Of a stretch of 64,000 bases of DNA, positions 1 to 8,886 are shown in pieces. The position numbers and the translations under genes were made by a program. The notes under the pieces were generated by a model. It was given only the letters and a program-made list of their open reading frames with translations. It ran no database searches and had not been told where the DNA came from. Each line of letters starts with the position of its first letter. The stretch's first letter is position 1. Source of the stretch: an uncultured delta proteobacterium (lineage in GTDB: Bacteria > Myxococcota_A > Polyangia > Palsa-1104); contig CAWAWS010000016.1 in the NCBI GenBank assembly GCA_963785725.1, forward strand, positions 256,001 to 320,000, given 5' to 3'.

Positions 1-690
1 CATGATGTCGAAGTGATTCTCGCCGTCGAACGGCGTCGTCCCGCACAGCGCCTCGTACAGCGTGATCGCCAGCGAATACAGATCCGAGCGCGCGTCGGCC
101 ATCTTGCCGCGCACCTGCTCGGGCGACATGTAACGCACGGTGCCCATCGTCTGCCCCGTCGACGTCAGCCGCGAGTTGCCCATCATCTTGGCGATGCCGA
201 AGTCGGTGACCTTGACCGCGCCGTCGCTGCGCACGAGCACGTTCGACGGCTTGATGTCGCGGTGAATGACGCCCTGCGAGTGCGCGTATTCGAGCCCTTT
301 GCAGACCTCGATCGTCACGCGCAGCGCCTCGTCGGCCGGCACTTTACCGAGGCTGACGATCTTGGATTCGAAGGTGACGCCCTCGACGTATTGCATCACC
401 AGGCACATCCGCCCGCCTGCCTCGGTGAAGTTGTTGAGGTGGACGATGTTGGGGTGCTCGAGCTTGGCCAGAACGCGCGCCTCCTCGACGAAGCGTGCCT
501 TGAGCTCCTCGTGCACGGCGAGCTCGGGCGGCAGGATCTTGATGGCGACTTCCTGACCGGTTACGCGATGTTGACCCCGATAGACGACGCTCATGCCGCC
601 CGACCCGAGGATCGCCTTGAGCTCGAAGTCGAGCACGCGACTGCCGATGAGCCGTTCCGGTCCTTCCAAGGCTTTGGCGTCGTCGCTCAT
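1..690 (-). CDS. Ser/Thr protein kinase (Hanks type), 3' end outside window
   Basis: Not in ORF track. Manual minus-strand translation from ATG 690 gives [10 protein letters not shown]...[10 protein letters not shown]...VAIK...HPNIV...HRDIKPSN...DFGIAK; the + ORF 13..723 is its antisense shadow. Confidence 0.93.
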   Translation of the reverse strand, partial: MSDDAKALEGPERLIGSRVLDFELKAILGSGGMSVVYRGQHRVTGQEVAIKILPPELAVHEELKARFVEEARVLAKLEHPNIVHLNNFTEAGGRMCLVMQYVEGVTFESKIVSLGKVPADEALRVTIEVCKGLEYAHSQGVIHRDIKPSNVLVRSDGAVKVTDFGIAKMMGNSRLTSTGQTMGTVRYMSPEQVRGKMADARSDLYSLAITLYEALCGTTPFDGENHFDIM

Positions 691-753
691 AGAAAACTTG
701 CGCTCCTCGATTCCCTACTTTAGCCTACATTTAACTACAGACTGGAGGCGTCG

Positions 754-1098
754 ATGTTCACGAAGGATAACCGAGGCGACCGACGGATGGCGGTCGACAT
801 CCTGCTCAACAAGTACATCGACGGGGAGCCTCATACTTGCCGCGCCGTCAATATTTCACGCGGCGGAATGTTGCTCTACAAAATTTTCGAGCCCGATTGC
901 GAACAGGAAGGCGAAGTCTCGCTCGAGTTCCAGCTGCCGGGCTCGATGCGGATCCTGCGCGTCGACGGGATTACTCTGTCGGAGCATCGCTGGGCGCGCG
1001 CACACGGCGTTCGCTTCACGCGCATGAGCGACGACGATCGCGACCTGTTGCAGCAGTATCTGCGCGGCGAGCTAGTCGAAGAAGCCGCGGTGATGTAG
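754..1098 (+). CDS. PilZ domain protein
   Basis: RGDRR and NISRGG motifs (RxxxR, D/NxSxxG); GVRF near C-terminus; GGAGG RBS. Confidence 0.85.
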   Translation: MFTKDNRGDRRMAVDILLNKYIDGEPHTCRAVNISRGGMLLYKIFEPDCEQEGEVSLEFQLPGSMRILRVDGITLSEHRWARAHGVRFTRMSDDDRDLLQQYLRGELVEEAAVM

Positions 1099-1109
1099 CT
1101 GAAAATGAA

Positions 1110-1150
1110 GTCGCCCGTCGCGGACGCACAGCTGCGACCACGCGGGCGAC
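1110..1150. terminator. Imperfect hairpin between convergent genes
   Basis: GTCGCCCG...CGGGCGAC arms with inner CGCA/TGCG stem; weak U tail. Confidence 0.35.
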
Positions 1151-1195
1151 CGTCCTGCCTTTTGCGAATTAAGTTAAGCCAAGCCTAAGTCAGAG

Positions 1196-2110
1196 CTAGA
1201 AATAGACCGCGACGCCGAGGCGGAATTGACCGCCGACCTCGTCGCCGAGCGCGTGCACCGGCTTGCCGTCGATGGAGGTCGTGGCCGCGACGTTCTCGGC
1301 GACACCGTTGGCGCGCTTCTTCGCGTCGAGGCGCGCGTCGGCGGTGATGGCGACGTGCTGGCCGAGCCGCAGCTCGAGACCGCCGCCGATCTGACCGTCG
1401 AGGTAGATGGCGTCGTCGTGGGTGAACTTCAGGTCCTGCGACGCGAAGTCGGCGCCGGCGGCGACCACGAAATACGGCGACACGACCCAATCGGGCCGGC
1501 CGATGTGCATGCGCAACCCGAACGTCACCGGCACGTCGGTGCGACCGAGGGCGTTGGCGGCCGAATGGTCGTATTCGGCGGCGAGCTCGGTCGTCAGATG
1601 CGGCGTCGCTCTATATAAGAGCTCGCCACCGATGCCGAGGTTGTTCCAGCCGTCGTGCTCGACGGCGCCGGTGCCGCGCACGCCGAGGCCGAGCCGCGAC
1701 GTCCATTGCGGACCGGGCGGACGCGCCGGCTCGACCACGACTTCGGGCGCCGCCAGCTGCGGCGCGCAACAGCACGGCGGCGGCACGATGACCGGCGGCG
1801 GCACCGCCGGCAGCGGCATGATCGGCGGCTCTTGGTATTGCGGAACCTGGACAACGACCGGCGGCGGCGCCTGAACGTAGATGACGCGCGGCCGACGACG
1901 CAACCACCAGCGAATTCGTTCACGAATATAGACATGTGGCGGCATCGCGCCGGGCGTTGCATAGATCATCGGCGGCGGTCCGGGCGGCGGCGGCGGCGGC
2001 ATCGGCGGCATGGGCGGCATCGCCGGTGCCTGGACGTACACGACTTGCGCAGCCGCAACGGAGGGCGCCGCGAGCACCACTAAGGCCAGCAGCCGATAGG
2101 CGCGAATCAT
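1196..2110 (-). CDS. Exported Pro-rich protein with C-terminal outer-membrane beta-barrel
   Basis: Signal peptide from ATG 2110, poly-Pro tracts, amphipathic strands, terminal RLGVAVYF aromatic. Confidence 0.75.
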   Translation of the reverse strand: MIRAYRLLALVVLAAPSVAAAQVVYVQAPAMPPMPPMPPPPPPGPPPMIYATPGAMPPHVYIRERIRWWLRRRPRVIYVQAPPPVVVQVPQYQEPPIMPLPAVPPPVIVPPPCCCAPQLAAPEVVVEPARPPGPQWTSRLGLGVRGTGAVEHDGWNNLGIGGELLYRATPHLTTELAAEYDHSAANALGRTDVPVTFGLRMHIGRPDWVVSPYFVVAAGADFASQDLKFTHDDAIYLDGQIGGGLELRLGQHVAITADARLDAKKRANGVAENVAATTSIDGKPVHALGDEVGGQFRLGVAVYF

Positions 2111-2123
2111 GGGTGCGGCACCT

Positions 2124-2139
2124 AGCAACCTATGCGCCA
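2124..2139 (-). promoter_or_regulatory. sigma54 -24/-12 promoter
   Basis: TGGCGCA-TAGG-TTGCT on minus strand, just upstream of ATG 2110. Confidence 0.7.
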
Positions 2140-2242
2140 TCACGTAACGTCATACGGATCAATAGCTTACGAAGTCATCGAGGACGTTCGTTCACAGCTT
2201 GTTTCGTGAACGGCGGGCTGTAAGTGCAAACTGGCGTACTCC

Positions 2243-2271
2243 TTGACAGCCCTACACTCGATTGCTAGGCT
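2243..2271 (+). promoter_or_regulatory. sigma70-type promoter
   Basis: TTGACA-17 nt-TAGGCT with extended -10 TG; GGGAGG RBS follows. Confidence 0.75.
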
Positions 2272-2300
2272 CCGCGCGACTATCGGGAGGAAAATTCCCC

Positions 2301-3539
2301 TTGGACGACAATAAGAAGCCGGGCCCGCGCGACATCAGTGATCTGAAAGCGCGACTTGGACTGAAAAAGACAGGTGTGATGCCGGCCACAGCGCCAGCCT
2401 CGCACGCTACTCCCCCGACGGGTCAGCCGGCTATGCCGGTTGCGCCGTCACCCGTTCCGGCGCCGTCGGGCTTTGGTCCGCCTGCGTCAGAACCGCCGCA
2501 GCAGCAAGCGCCGCGGTCGATTCCCTCGCCCTTCGCGAGGCAGGAACCGCCAGCTCCGGCGCCACAGCCGCAAGCGCCGCCGGATCCACGTCGCGATCCG
2601 TTCGCGGCGCAGCAGCAAGCGGCGGCGGCGAACTTGGCGGCGTTCTACGGCATGGGCCAGGCGTTGCCGGGCTCTGCGGACGCGAGCTCGGAGGCGCCGA
2701 TCTCGAAGCCGGCGATCACCGGGACGCTCATCAAGATCGCGGCCATGGCGGCGATTCCGTTCATCGTCGGCGCCGGCGTGGGCGGCATCTCCAAGAGCCG
2801 CAGCGAGTACAACGTCACCACCGATCAGGCCGGACAGATCCGCGAGGAGGTCGAGAAGATCTCCAAGCAGCTCAATCTGTTGTCCGACACGATCATGAGC
2901 TCGGCCGAGACGCGCAAGGGCGGCGTCGACATCGACATGTCGGCGAAGCTGGGTGCGCTCGATCTGAAGAAGCCGGACACGAACAAGATCTTCCATACGA
3001 ACTATCAAAATATGGAACCGGTGATCGTCGAGCGGCTGATGCAGTACTACGACGGCACGGTCAAGCTCTTCGACGAGGTGCAGGCGCACTCGAAGAAGAC
3101 GGACAACGACAAAGACGCGCTGCTTCGCATGGGCAAAGAAGGCGCGAAGTCGGACAAGAACTACGGCGTCATCGTCGAGCCGCAGGGCGGTCTGATGCTG
3201 GCGAAGTTCGTCGAGGTCGGCGCGCCGGTGTGCAACGATCCGGCGAAGACCGATTGCAGCGCGGCGGACCTGAAGGGCTTTCAGTATCGGCTCGATTCGG
3301 GTAGCGGCTGGGGTCAGCGTCCGGTGAAGGGCAAGCCGGAGGCGATCGTGATGCCGTTGCAGCAGACGCCGCTGTTCAAGGCGGTGGCCGCGGGTAATCC
3401 CGACTTCCTGGCCGTGAAGGATTACGCGCGCCGGATCGCGGAGATCCGCACGCAGTTGGCGCTGTTGAAGAATCAGGAGAAGGACGTTCTGTCGGATCTG
3501 AAGAAGACCGAAGAGCGGCCGAAGCTCCTCGCGTTCTAA
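2301..3539 (+). CDS. Hypothetical membrane protein (Pro-rich N-terminus, one TM, helical extracytoplasmic domain)
   Basis: TTG start after RBS; DISDLKARLGLKK motif, Pro/Gln tract, TM segment IAAMAAIPFIVGAGVGGI. Confidence 0.75.
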   Translation: MDDNKKPGPRDISDLKARLGLKKTGVMPATAPASHATPPTGQPAMPVAPSPVPAPSGFGPPASEPPQQQAPRSIPSPFARQEPPAPAPQPQAPPDPRRDPFAAQQQAAAANLAAFYGMGQALPGSADASSEAPISKPAITGTLIKIAAMAAIPFIVGAGVGGISKSRSEYNVTTDQAGQIREEVEKISKQLNLLSDTIMSSAETRKGGVDIDMSAKLGALDLKKPDTNKIFHTNYQNMEPVIVERLMQYYDGTVKLFDEVQAHSKKTDNDKDALLRMGKEGAKSDKNYGVIVEPQGGLMLAKFVEVGAPVCNDPAKTDCSAADLKGFQYRLDSGSGWGQRPVKGKPEAIVMPLQQTPLFKAVAAGNPDFLAVKDYARRIAEIRTQLALLKNQEKDVLSDLKKTEERPKLLAF

Positions 3540-3572
3540 GTCTTTCGCCTCTACTCCACTTCGATAGTCACG

Positions 3573-3614
3573 ACGATGAAGCGCCGACGGGAAACCGCCG
3601 GCGCTTCGTCGTTT
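3573..3614 (+). terminator. Intrinsic terminator-like hairpin
   Basis: ACGATGAAGCGCCGACGG-GAAA-CCGCCGGCGCTTCGTCGT then TT, about 33 nt after the stop. Confidence 0.6.
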
Positions 3615-3904
3615 GGGCGGCGGCTCGTCGTTTGACGACCATTCGGCTAGCGCACAGGAGAAGAAGCACGACGATCGATTCCGGAGGATGGTGGGCTCGG
3701 CGTCATTTCCCCCGACCGCCCGCCCCATGTCATCGGCAACTCCGCCCAAAAGTTGCCTGCCAAAGCGTACGACTCGCGCGCACGAAGTTGCGCAGCGGCT
3801 CGGGGCCATGCGCAGACGAGCGCCGCGCCGCGCCGATTCCAGTCACCTGATTCCAGAGAGAAGCGGCGCGCGCAGAGGGCGCCGAAGATCGAAGCGAAGG
3901 CGCG

Positions 3905-4741
3905 CTAACGCTTTTGCGGCTGCTTGCCGGTGATCTGATCGACGATGTTCTCGTTGCTGTCGTTGCTGTTCTTCTCCGGCTGCGTCACGGCGTCGATGAG
4001 CGCCGAGCCGGCATGCGGCTTCGTGTTGTGCTCCGTCCGCGCCGACTCGACCTGCTTGGCGACGCCCGGATTGAACAGCACGAGGCAGAAGTTGCCGTAG
4101 AAGTCCGACTGATCGATCGCGTACAGCTGGAACTCGCCCGCCGCCGGCCACTCCAAGTGGTGCAGCGTCATGTCGTCGCTGGTCCGCTTCTGGGCGAACT
4201 TCATCTCCGCCTGGCCGTACCGGTTCTGAATGATCTTGGCGAAGTCGTCGAACGTCTTGCCCGCAAACACCGGGTGCTCGTTGTTGAACGCGATGTACTG
4301 CTTGTAGAGCCGATCGTGCCAGAAGAACAGGAAGCGCCGCTGATCGCGCTCCCACATCGTGACCATCGACTCGTCGTTGCGCGGCGCGAACTCCGCCTGC
4401 ACCAGCGACGTCGACCACTCTTTGTTGCCGGCGGCGACGCCATCGAACTTGATGTACGAGTCCTTGACCTTCTGGATCTCGTCGCCCTCGTCTTTGCGCA
4501 GCTGATCCTGCTTGTAGACGTCGGGCTCCTTCTTCGCCAGCTCGACATATTTGGCGTGGATGCCGTCGCTGATGACCTTGATGACTTCCTCGGGCGACGT
4601 GCCCCACTTGAACTTGCCGGCCAGCTCTCCGATCGCGCGCGAGTTCGCCGGCGCCGCCTTGGGCGCGGCCGCCTTCTTCGACTTGGCGAGGGCGGGCGTC
4701 GTGATCGCGAGCAGCGCCAGAACGGCACAGAACCGCTGCAT
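3905..4741 (-). CDS. Hypothetical exported protein
   Basis: Signal peptide MQRFCAVLALLAITTPALA; AGGAGG RBS; natural composition. Confidence 0.75.
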   Translation of the reverse strand: MQRFCAVLALLAITTPALAKSKKAAAPKAAPANSRAIGELAGKFKWGTSPEEVIKVISDGIHAKYVELAKKEPDVYKQDQLRKDEGDEIQKVKDSYIKFDGVAAGNKEWSTSLVQAEFAPRNDESMVTMWERDQRRFLFFWHDRLYKQYIAFNNEHPVFAGKTFDDFAKIIQNRYGQAEMKFAQKRTSDDMTLHHLEWPAAGEFQLYAIDQSDFYGNFCLVLFNPGVAKQVESARTEHNTKPHAGSALIDAVTQPEKNSNDSNENIVDQITGKQPQKR

Positions 4742-4817
4742 TCGGGCCTCCTTGCGCGCCGTTATACCACGCGTGCAAGGATTGCTAGCCGCTGTTTCAG
4801 GTCAAATGAGGGCCAAA

Positions 4818-7800
4818 TCAGGGCCCGATCGTCTGGATCTTCGACGCGTCGCGCGACAACGAGACCGAGGCGCTCGTGAGCGCGTCTTGGTCGAGCGCGA
4901 TGTCGAGCTCGAGGCCGGAGACCGAGCCATGGCAACCGGCGCAGACGCTGTTGAAGAACTTTTGCGGCACGCCGCGCGAGATGAACTCGCCGGGACCGAG
5001 CTGATCCTCCTCGGACATCGTGAAGATCTTGCTGCCGCTCGCCGACTGCAGCTCGAGGATGACCGGCGTCAGCGCCGGCAAACGCACCTGCACCGAGCCG
5101 TCCGACGCCAGCGCCGCGCGCCCGAGCTCCATGCGGTTCTGATAGACCATCTGCGAACCGGTCAGCCCCGCCATCGCCGCCGCCGGATCGCTCGGCGGCG
5201 CCTGATCTTGGTAGACGACGAGCTCGGTGCCGGCGCGCATCATGTCGACGAAGCGACCGGTGCGCAGGTTGGCGCCGAGCAGCGTCGCGATCATCGGCAG
5301 GTCGGGATAGTGCACGGTGCCGTGCGCCGGATCGGTCGTGTCGACGTGGCCGCCGAAGACCAGCTGGGTCTCGTTGTGGAACAGCGGCCGCGGCTCTCGC
5401 CGGTAGACGAGCACCGACTCGACGTGCGACATCGCGCCGCCCGAGAACGCCGCCAGCGACTGGTGCGTGCCGTCGACGGGATTGACGATGACGAGATCGT
5501 AGCGCGGCGTCTGCATCGACAGATCGGTCACGGTGCCGTCCCAGCTGGCCAGATAGTTTCCGTCGGGCAGCGGGAACGGCGAGCGATAGGCGCCTTGCGT
5601 GGCGCCCGCGCGGCCGGTGGCATTGGGATCGAGGATCTCGACCGAGCGCAGGAATTGGATGTCGGTGCGATCGGACTCGAACGGACCGACAGAGCGGTTG
5701 AACGTCGCCAGCGTGCCGCCGCCGCCCTTGGCGCCGACGTCGGACAGGACGAGCACGAAGTTGCGGTCGAGCCCTTCGCGGATCTCGGTCGCCTGCTGAT
5801 AGTCGACCGACGGATGCATCGCCAGCGTCTGCGTATCGACGGTGTAGCCTTGTGACTGCGAGCGCTGCGCCAACAACGGGTGATAGTCGGTCAGGTCCCA
5901 ATTGATGCGGCGGCCGCTGAGCTGATAGAAGTCGGCGCTCGCCTTCTCGGCCGTGAAGGTCATTTGGCCGTTGAGCATCATCGCCGGCGACAGCTCGGAG
6001 CCGAGCAGCGCCGTCATCTGCGTCGGCGCGCCGTAGCCGCCGCTGCCGTTGGGCGACATGCGCCACAGATCGGTTTGCGGCAGCAGATACTTGAGCGATC
6101 GCGTCGGACCGGCGGCGCCGCCGCGCGTGGACGCGAAGACGAGCGTGCCGTCGGACGCGTACATGGGATCGAGGTTGTGGCGCAGGATGCCGTTTTGCGA
6201 CATGCCGTTGCCGTCGGTGACTTTGGTGCACGTGTGTGTGGCGTCGAGCGTGACTTCGTAGATGTCGAGCGTGTCGGTGGCCGACAGGCGCATGGCGAAG
6301 GCGAGCTTGGACGTGTCGTAGCTGACGGCCGGATGGCGCACGTCGACGTTCGAGCGATCGGCGGCGACGCCGGCGCAGTTGCCGATGAGGCTCACGCCGG
6401 CGGTGGTCTTCGTGCCGTCGATGGCGCCGAGCACGCCGACGCCGATGGTGCCCATGACGAGGTCGGCGCCGGGGCGATAGGTGTCGAAGTCGATGTTGCG
6501 ATCGGGGTCAGGCGGGCGCACGACGCTGACGAGGGGCAACGTCGAGCCCGACGCCATCGCGTCGACCGTGCCGGCGGTCAAGAGCGCGGCGCGCTCGCGG
6601 CGATGCCACTCGACGAAGGCGCAGAACGGCGTGGCCGAGCCGTCGGTCGGGAACGGCTGCGCGCACAGCGTCGGGTCGAGCGTCTCGCCCGCGGTCTGCA
6701 GCGGCGGACCGCCGCGATGGACGAGGCCGAAGCCACCTTCGAGCGCCGACACGACCGGCTTCTTCACGAGGCGGCTTTGGCGAACGTCGGGCACATCGGC
6801 GACGAGGAACTGATTGCGCGCGACGTTGTAATTCTCCTGCAGCGAGAACGTCGAGAAGAAGCCTTGCGAGCCCGAGCGCAGCTTGAAGTCGTTGGTGGAG
6901 CCCGGCGAATGGCAGGCCTCGAGCGCGCAACCACGCTTCAAGAACACCGGCATGATGAAGTCTTGGAAGAACTGCTGCCCGTCCGACAGCATCACGGTCG
7001 ACTGCGCCGCGCCGACCTCCGCCGCCCACGCCGACAGCTTGAGCCACGTCGGATCGGTCTTGGTCTGGAAGAAGCTGCCGCCCGTGTGCGCCAGACCGCC
7101 GCCCGACGGCGCCAGCGGCTTCAACAGGATCTCCGACGTCTCCGGCGGATTGCCGACGTAGGCTTGCGCTTCGAGGTAGTTGAACTTGTCGGCGTCGTCG
7201 GTGCCCGAGCCTTTGCAGGTGAGGAAGAAGTCGGACTGCTCGCCCGAGTGGCAGGTCGAATAGGTGCAGCTCTTGGCCAACACCGGCTCGACGTTGGCCT
7301 GGAAGTCCTTGTACGCCTGCGTCGTCGTGTCGACGGTGGTGAGCTGCGCGGCGACGTCGGGCCGCACGGTCGCGAAGTCGGGATTGCACGGACCGGTGCC
7401 GACCTGCGACGGCCGCACGGTGACCGAGCCGTCTTCGTTGGCGCCGTCGTCGAGCCACTTCTGCAGCGTCGTGAACGCCGCCGACGTGACGGTGATGCTG
7501 TTGCCGCCGACGTGCTGAATCTCGGACGTGTAGAAGTGCGTCGTGCCGTCGCTGTTGCCTTTGTACGGGAACTGCGGCACATCGGCGCCGGTGGCCTTCA
7601 AGAGCAAGAGCGGCACCGAGAACGAGCCGAACGTGCGCGTCACGTCCTTGCGGCGAATGAGGTTGGCGTAGCTGGTGAGATCGAGGTTGCCGAGCGCGTT
7701 GCCGTTGCCGTCGTCCTTGTGGCAGGCGCCTTGATTGAACACGCAGTTTTGCGTCAGGATGGGCTGGATCGTGCGCTCGTAGAACATCGGACCGGCGGGC

Positions 7801-7877
7801 GCGCTGTCGTCGCAGCCGACCGCCGCCAGCAGCAGGAGACCGATGCTCGTCGTCGTCGCCTTCAACCGCCAGTTCAT
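4818..7877 (-). CDS. HzsA-related multiheme lipoprotein (three cytochrome-c-like repeats, TolB-like propeller, HZS-alpha-like domain)
   Basis: Lipobox AAVGC; CX6CH, two CX4CH and CAGCH; propeller motifs HPAVSYD, LVFASTR; LGRAALASDGSVQVRLPALTP. Confidence 0.7.
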   Translation of the reverse strand: MNWRLKATTTSIGLLLLAAVGCDDSAPAGPMFYERTIQPILTQNCVFNQGACHKDDGNGNALGNLDLTSYANLIRRKDVTRTFGSFSVPLLLLKATGADVPQFPYKGNSDGTTHFYTSEIQHVGGNSITVTSAAFTTLQKWLDDGANEDGSVTVRPSQVGTGPCNPDFATVRPDVAAQLTTVDTTTQAYKDFQANVEPVLAKSCTYSTCHSGEQSDFFLTCKGSGTDDADKFNYLEAQAYVGNPPETSEILLKPLAPSGGGLAHTGGSFFQTKTDPTWLKLSAWAAEVGAAQSTVMLSDGQQFFQDFIMPVFLKRGCALEACHSPGSTNDFKLRSGSQGFFSTFSLQENYNVARNQFLVADVPDVRQSRLVKKPVVSALEGGFGLVHRGGPPLQTAGETLDPTLCAQPFPTDGSATPFCAFVEWHRRERAALLTAGTVDAMASGSTLPLVSVVRPPDPDRNIDFDTYRPGADLVMGTIGVGVLGAIDGTKTTAGVSLIGNCAGVAADRSNVDVRHPAVSYDTSKLAFAMRLSATDTLDIYEVTLDATHTCTKVTDGNGMSQNGILRHNLDPMYASDGTLVFASTRGGAAGPTRSLKYLLPQTDLWRMSPNGSGGYGAPTQMTALLGSELSPAMMLNGQMTFTAEKASADFYQLSGRRINWDLTDYHPLLAQRSQSQGYTVDTQTLAMHPSVDYQQATEIREGLDRNFVLVLSDVGAKGGGGTLATFNRSVGPFESDRTDIQFLRSVEILDPNATGRAGATQGAYRSPFPLPDGNYLASWDGTVTDLSMQTPRYDLVIVNPVDGTHQSLAAFSGGAMSHVESVLVYRREPRPLFHNETQLVFGGHVDTTDPAHGTVHYPDLPMIATLLGANLRTGRFVDMMRAGTELVVYQDQAPPSDPAAAMAGLTGSQMVYQNRMELGRAALASDGSVQVRLPALTPVILELQSASGSKIFTMSEEDQLGPGEFISRGVPQKFFNSVCAGCHGSVSGLELDIALDQDALTSASVSLSRDASKIQTIGP

Positions 7878-8037
7878 CGCGCTTCACCTCTCCGCTTCCG
7901 ACTTGCCGCGCCCACACGCCCGAAAGGCGGACGCATAGATCGCTGCCGCACCATTTTATACTGCGGCGCGACGACGGCGAAGCTCATTTTGGGAGACGTT
8001 CGAGACTTCGCTTGGGGATTTGCAGTGGAGCTGCGAG

Positions 8038-8886
8038 CTAGCGGAGGTTGGCGAGCGCGGTCGTGGCGACCGAGCGAACCAGCGGATCGCTGTCGCTCTG
8101 CGCCTGCTGCAGCGCGGCGCGACCGGTGCCGTCCTTGAGCTGACCGATGGCCCACGCCGCCGACTTGCGCACGGCCGGCGCCGCGTCGGTGTTGACGATC
8201 GCCGTCAGCGCCGCCAGCGCGCCGGTGACGTCGCCGCCGGCGCCGCCGATGAAGCCGATGGTCACCGCCGCCTGATGGCGCACGTTGGCGTCGCCGTCGG
8301 CGAGCAGCGGCAGGAGCGGCGCCACTTGCGCAGCGACCGGCGAGCCCTTGGGCGCGCGCAGATCGCGCAGCGACGCCGCCGCTTGCGCGCGCACGCCGGC
8401 CAGAGGAGAGCCGAGCGCCGTCGCCAGCGTCGCCACGCTCGACGGATGCCCGATGGCGCCGACCGCCAAGACGACCGCGACGCCCGAATCCTCGTCGAGC
8501 GGATGCGTCAGATAGGCGCTCAAGGTCGGCAGCGTCGAGTAGTCGCGCATCGCCGCCAAGACGTCGCCGGCGTTGCGCGCCGCAATCGGATCGCTGCCGG
8601 TCGTCAAGCGCGCCGTCATGGCCGCGATGACCTCGGTGCGCACGCCGCGGCGCGTGAGCCACCAGCCGGCCGCGTCACGCACGCGCTGCTGCGGATGATC
8701 GACGAGCTGCTGCACGACGCCGATGCAGCCCAAGCAGGCCAAGTATTCGGCGCGCTCGATCTCGGCCACGATGGCGTCGGTCGATCCCGACTCGACGGCC
8801 GACTGAATGGCGATCTGCGAGCCACCACGTCCCGCCCATGCCGACGACGACAAGAGCGCGACCATCACGAACGTTGCCGTACGCAT
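8038..8886 (-). CDS. Exported HEAT-repeat protein
   Basis: Signal peptide; repeated VRxxAAxxL/IG units; CLGC near N-terminus; TAATG overlap with upstream gene. Confidence 0.8.
   Translation of the reverse strand: MRTATFVMVALLSSSAWAGRGGSQIAIQSAVESGSTDAIVAEIERAEYLACLGCIGVVQQLVDHPQQRVRDAAGWWLTRRGVRTEVIAAMTARLTTGSDPIAARNAGDVLAAMRDYSTLPTLSAYLTHPLDEDSGVAVVLAVGAIGHPSSVATLATALGSPLAGVRAQAAASLRDLRAPKGSPVAAQVAPLLPLLADGDANVRHQAAVTIGFIGGAGGDVTGALAALTAIVNTDAAPAVRKSAAWAIGQLKDGTGRAALQQAQSDSDPLVRSVATTALANLR

Noticed and set aside
3613..3904. ncRNA or small ORFs in the intergenic gap
   Set aside because: Only short hairpins; ORFs lack credible composition; no recognisable RNA family
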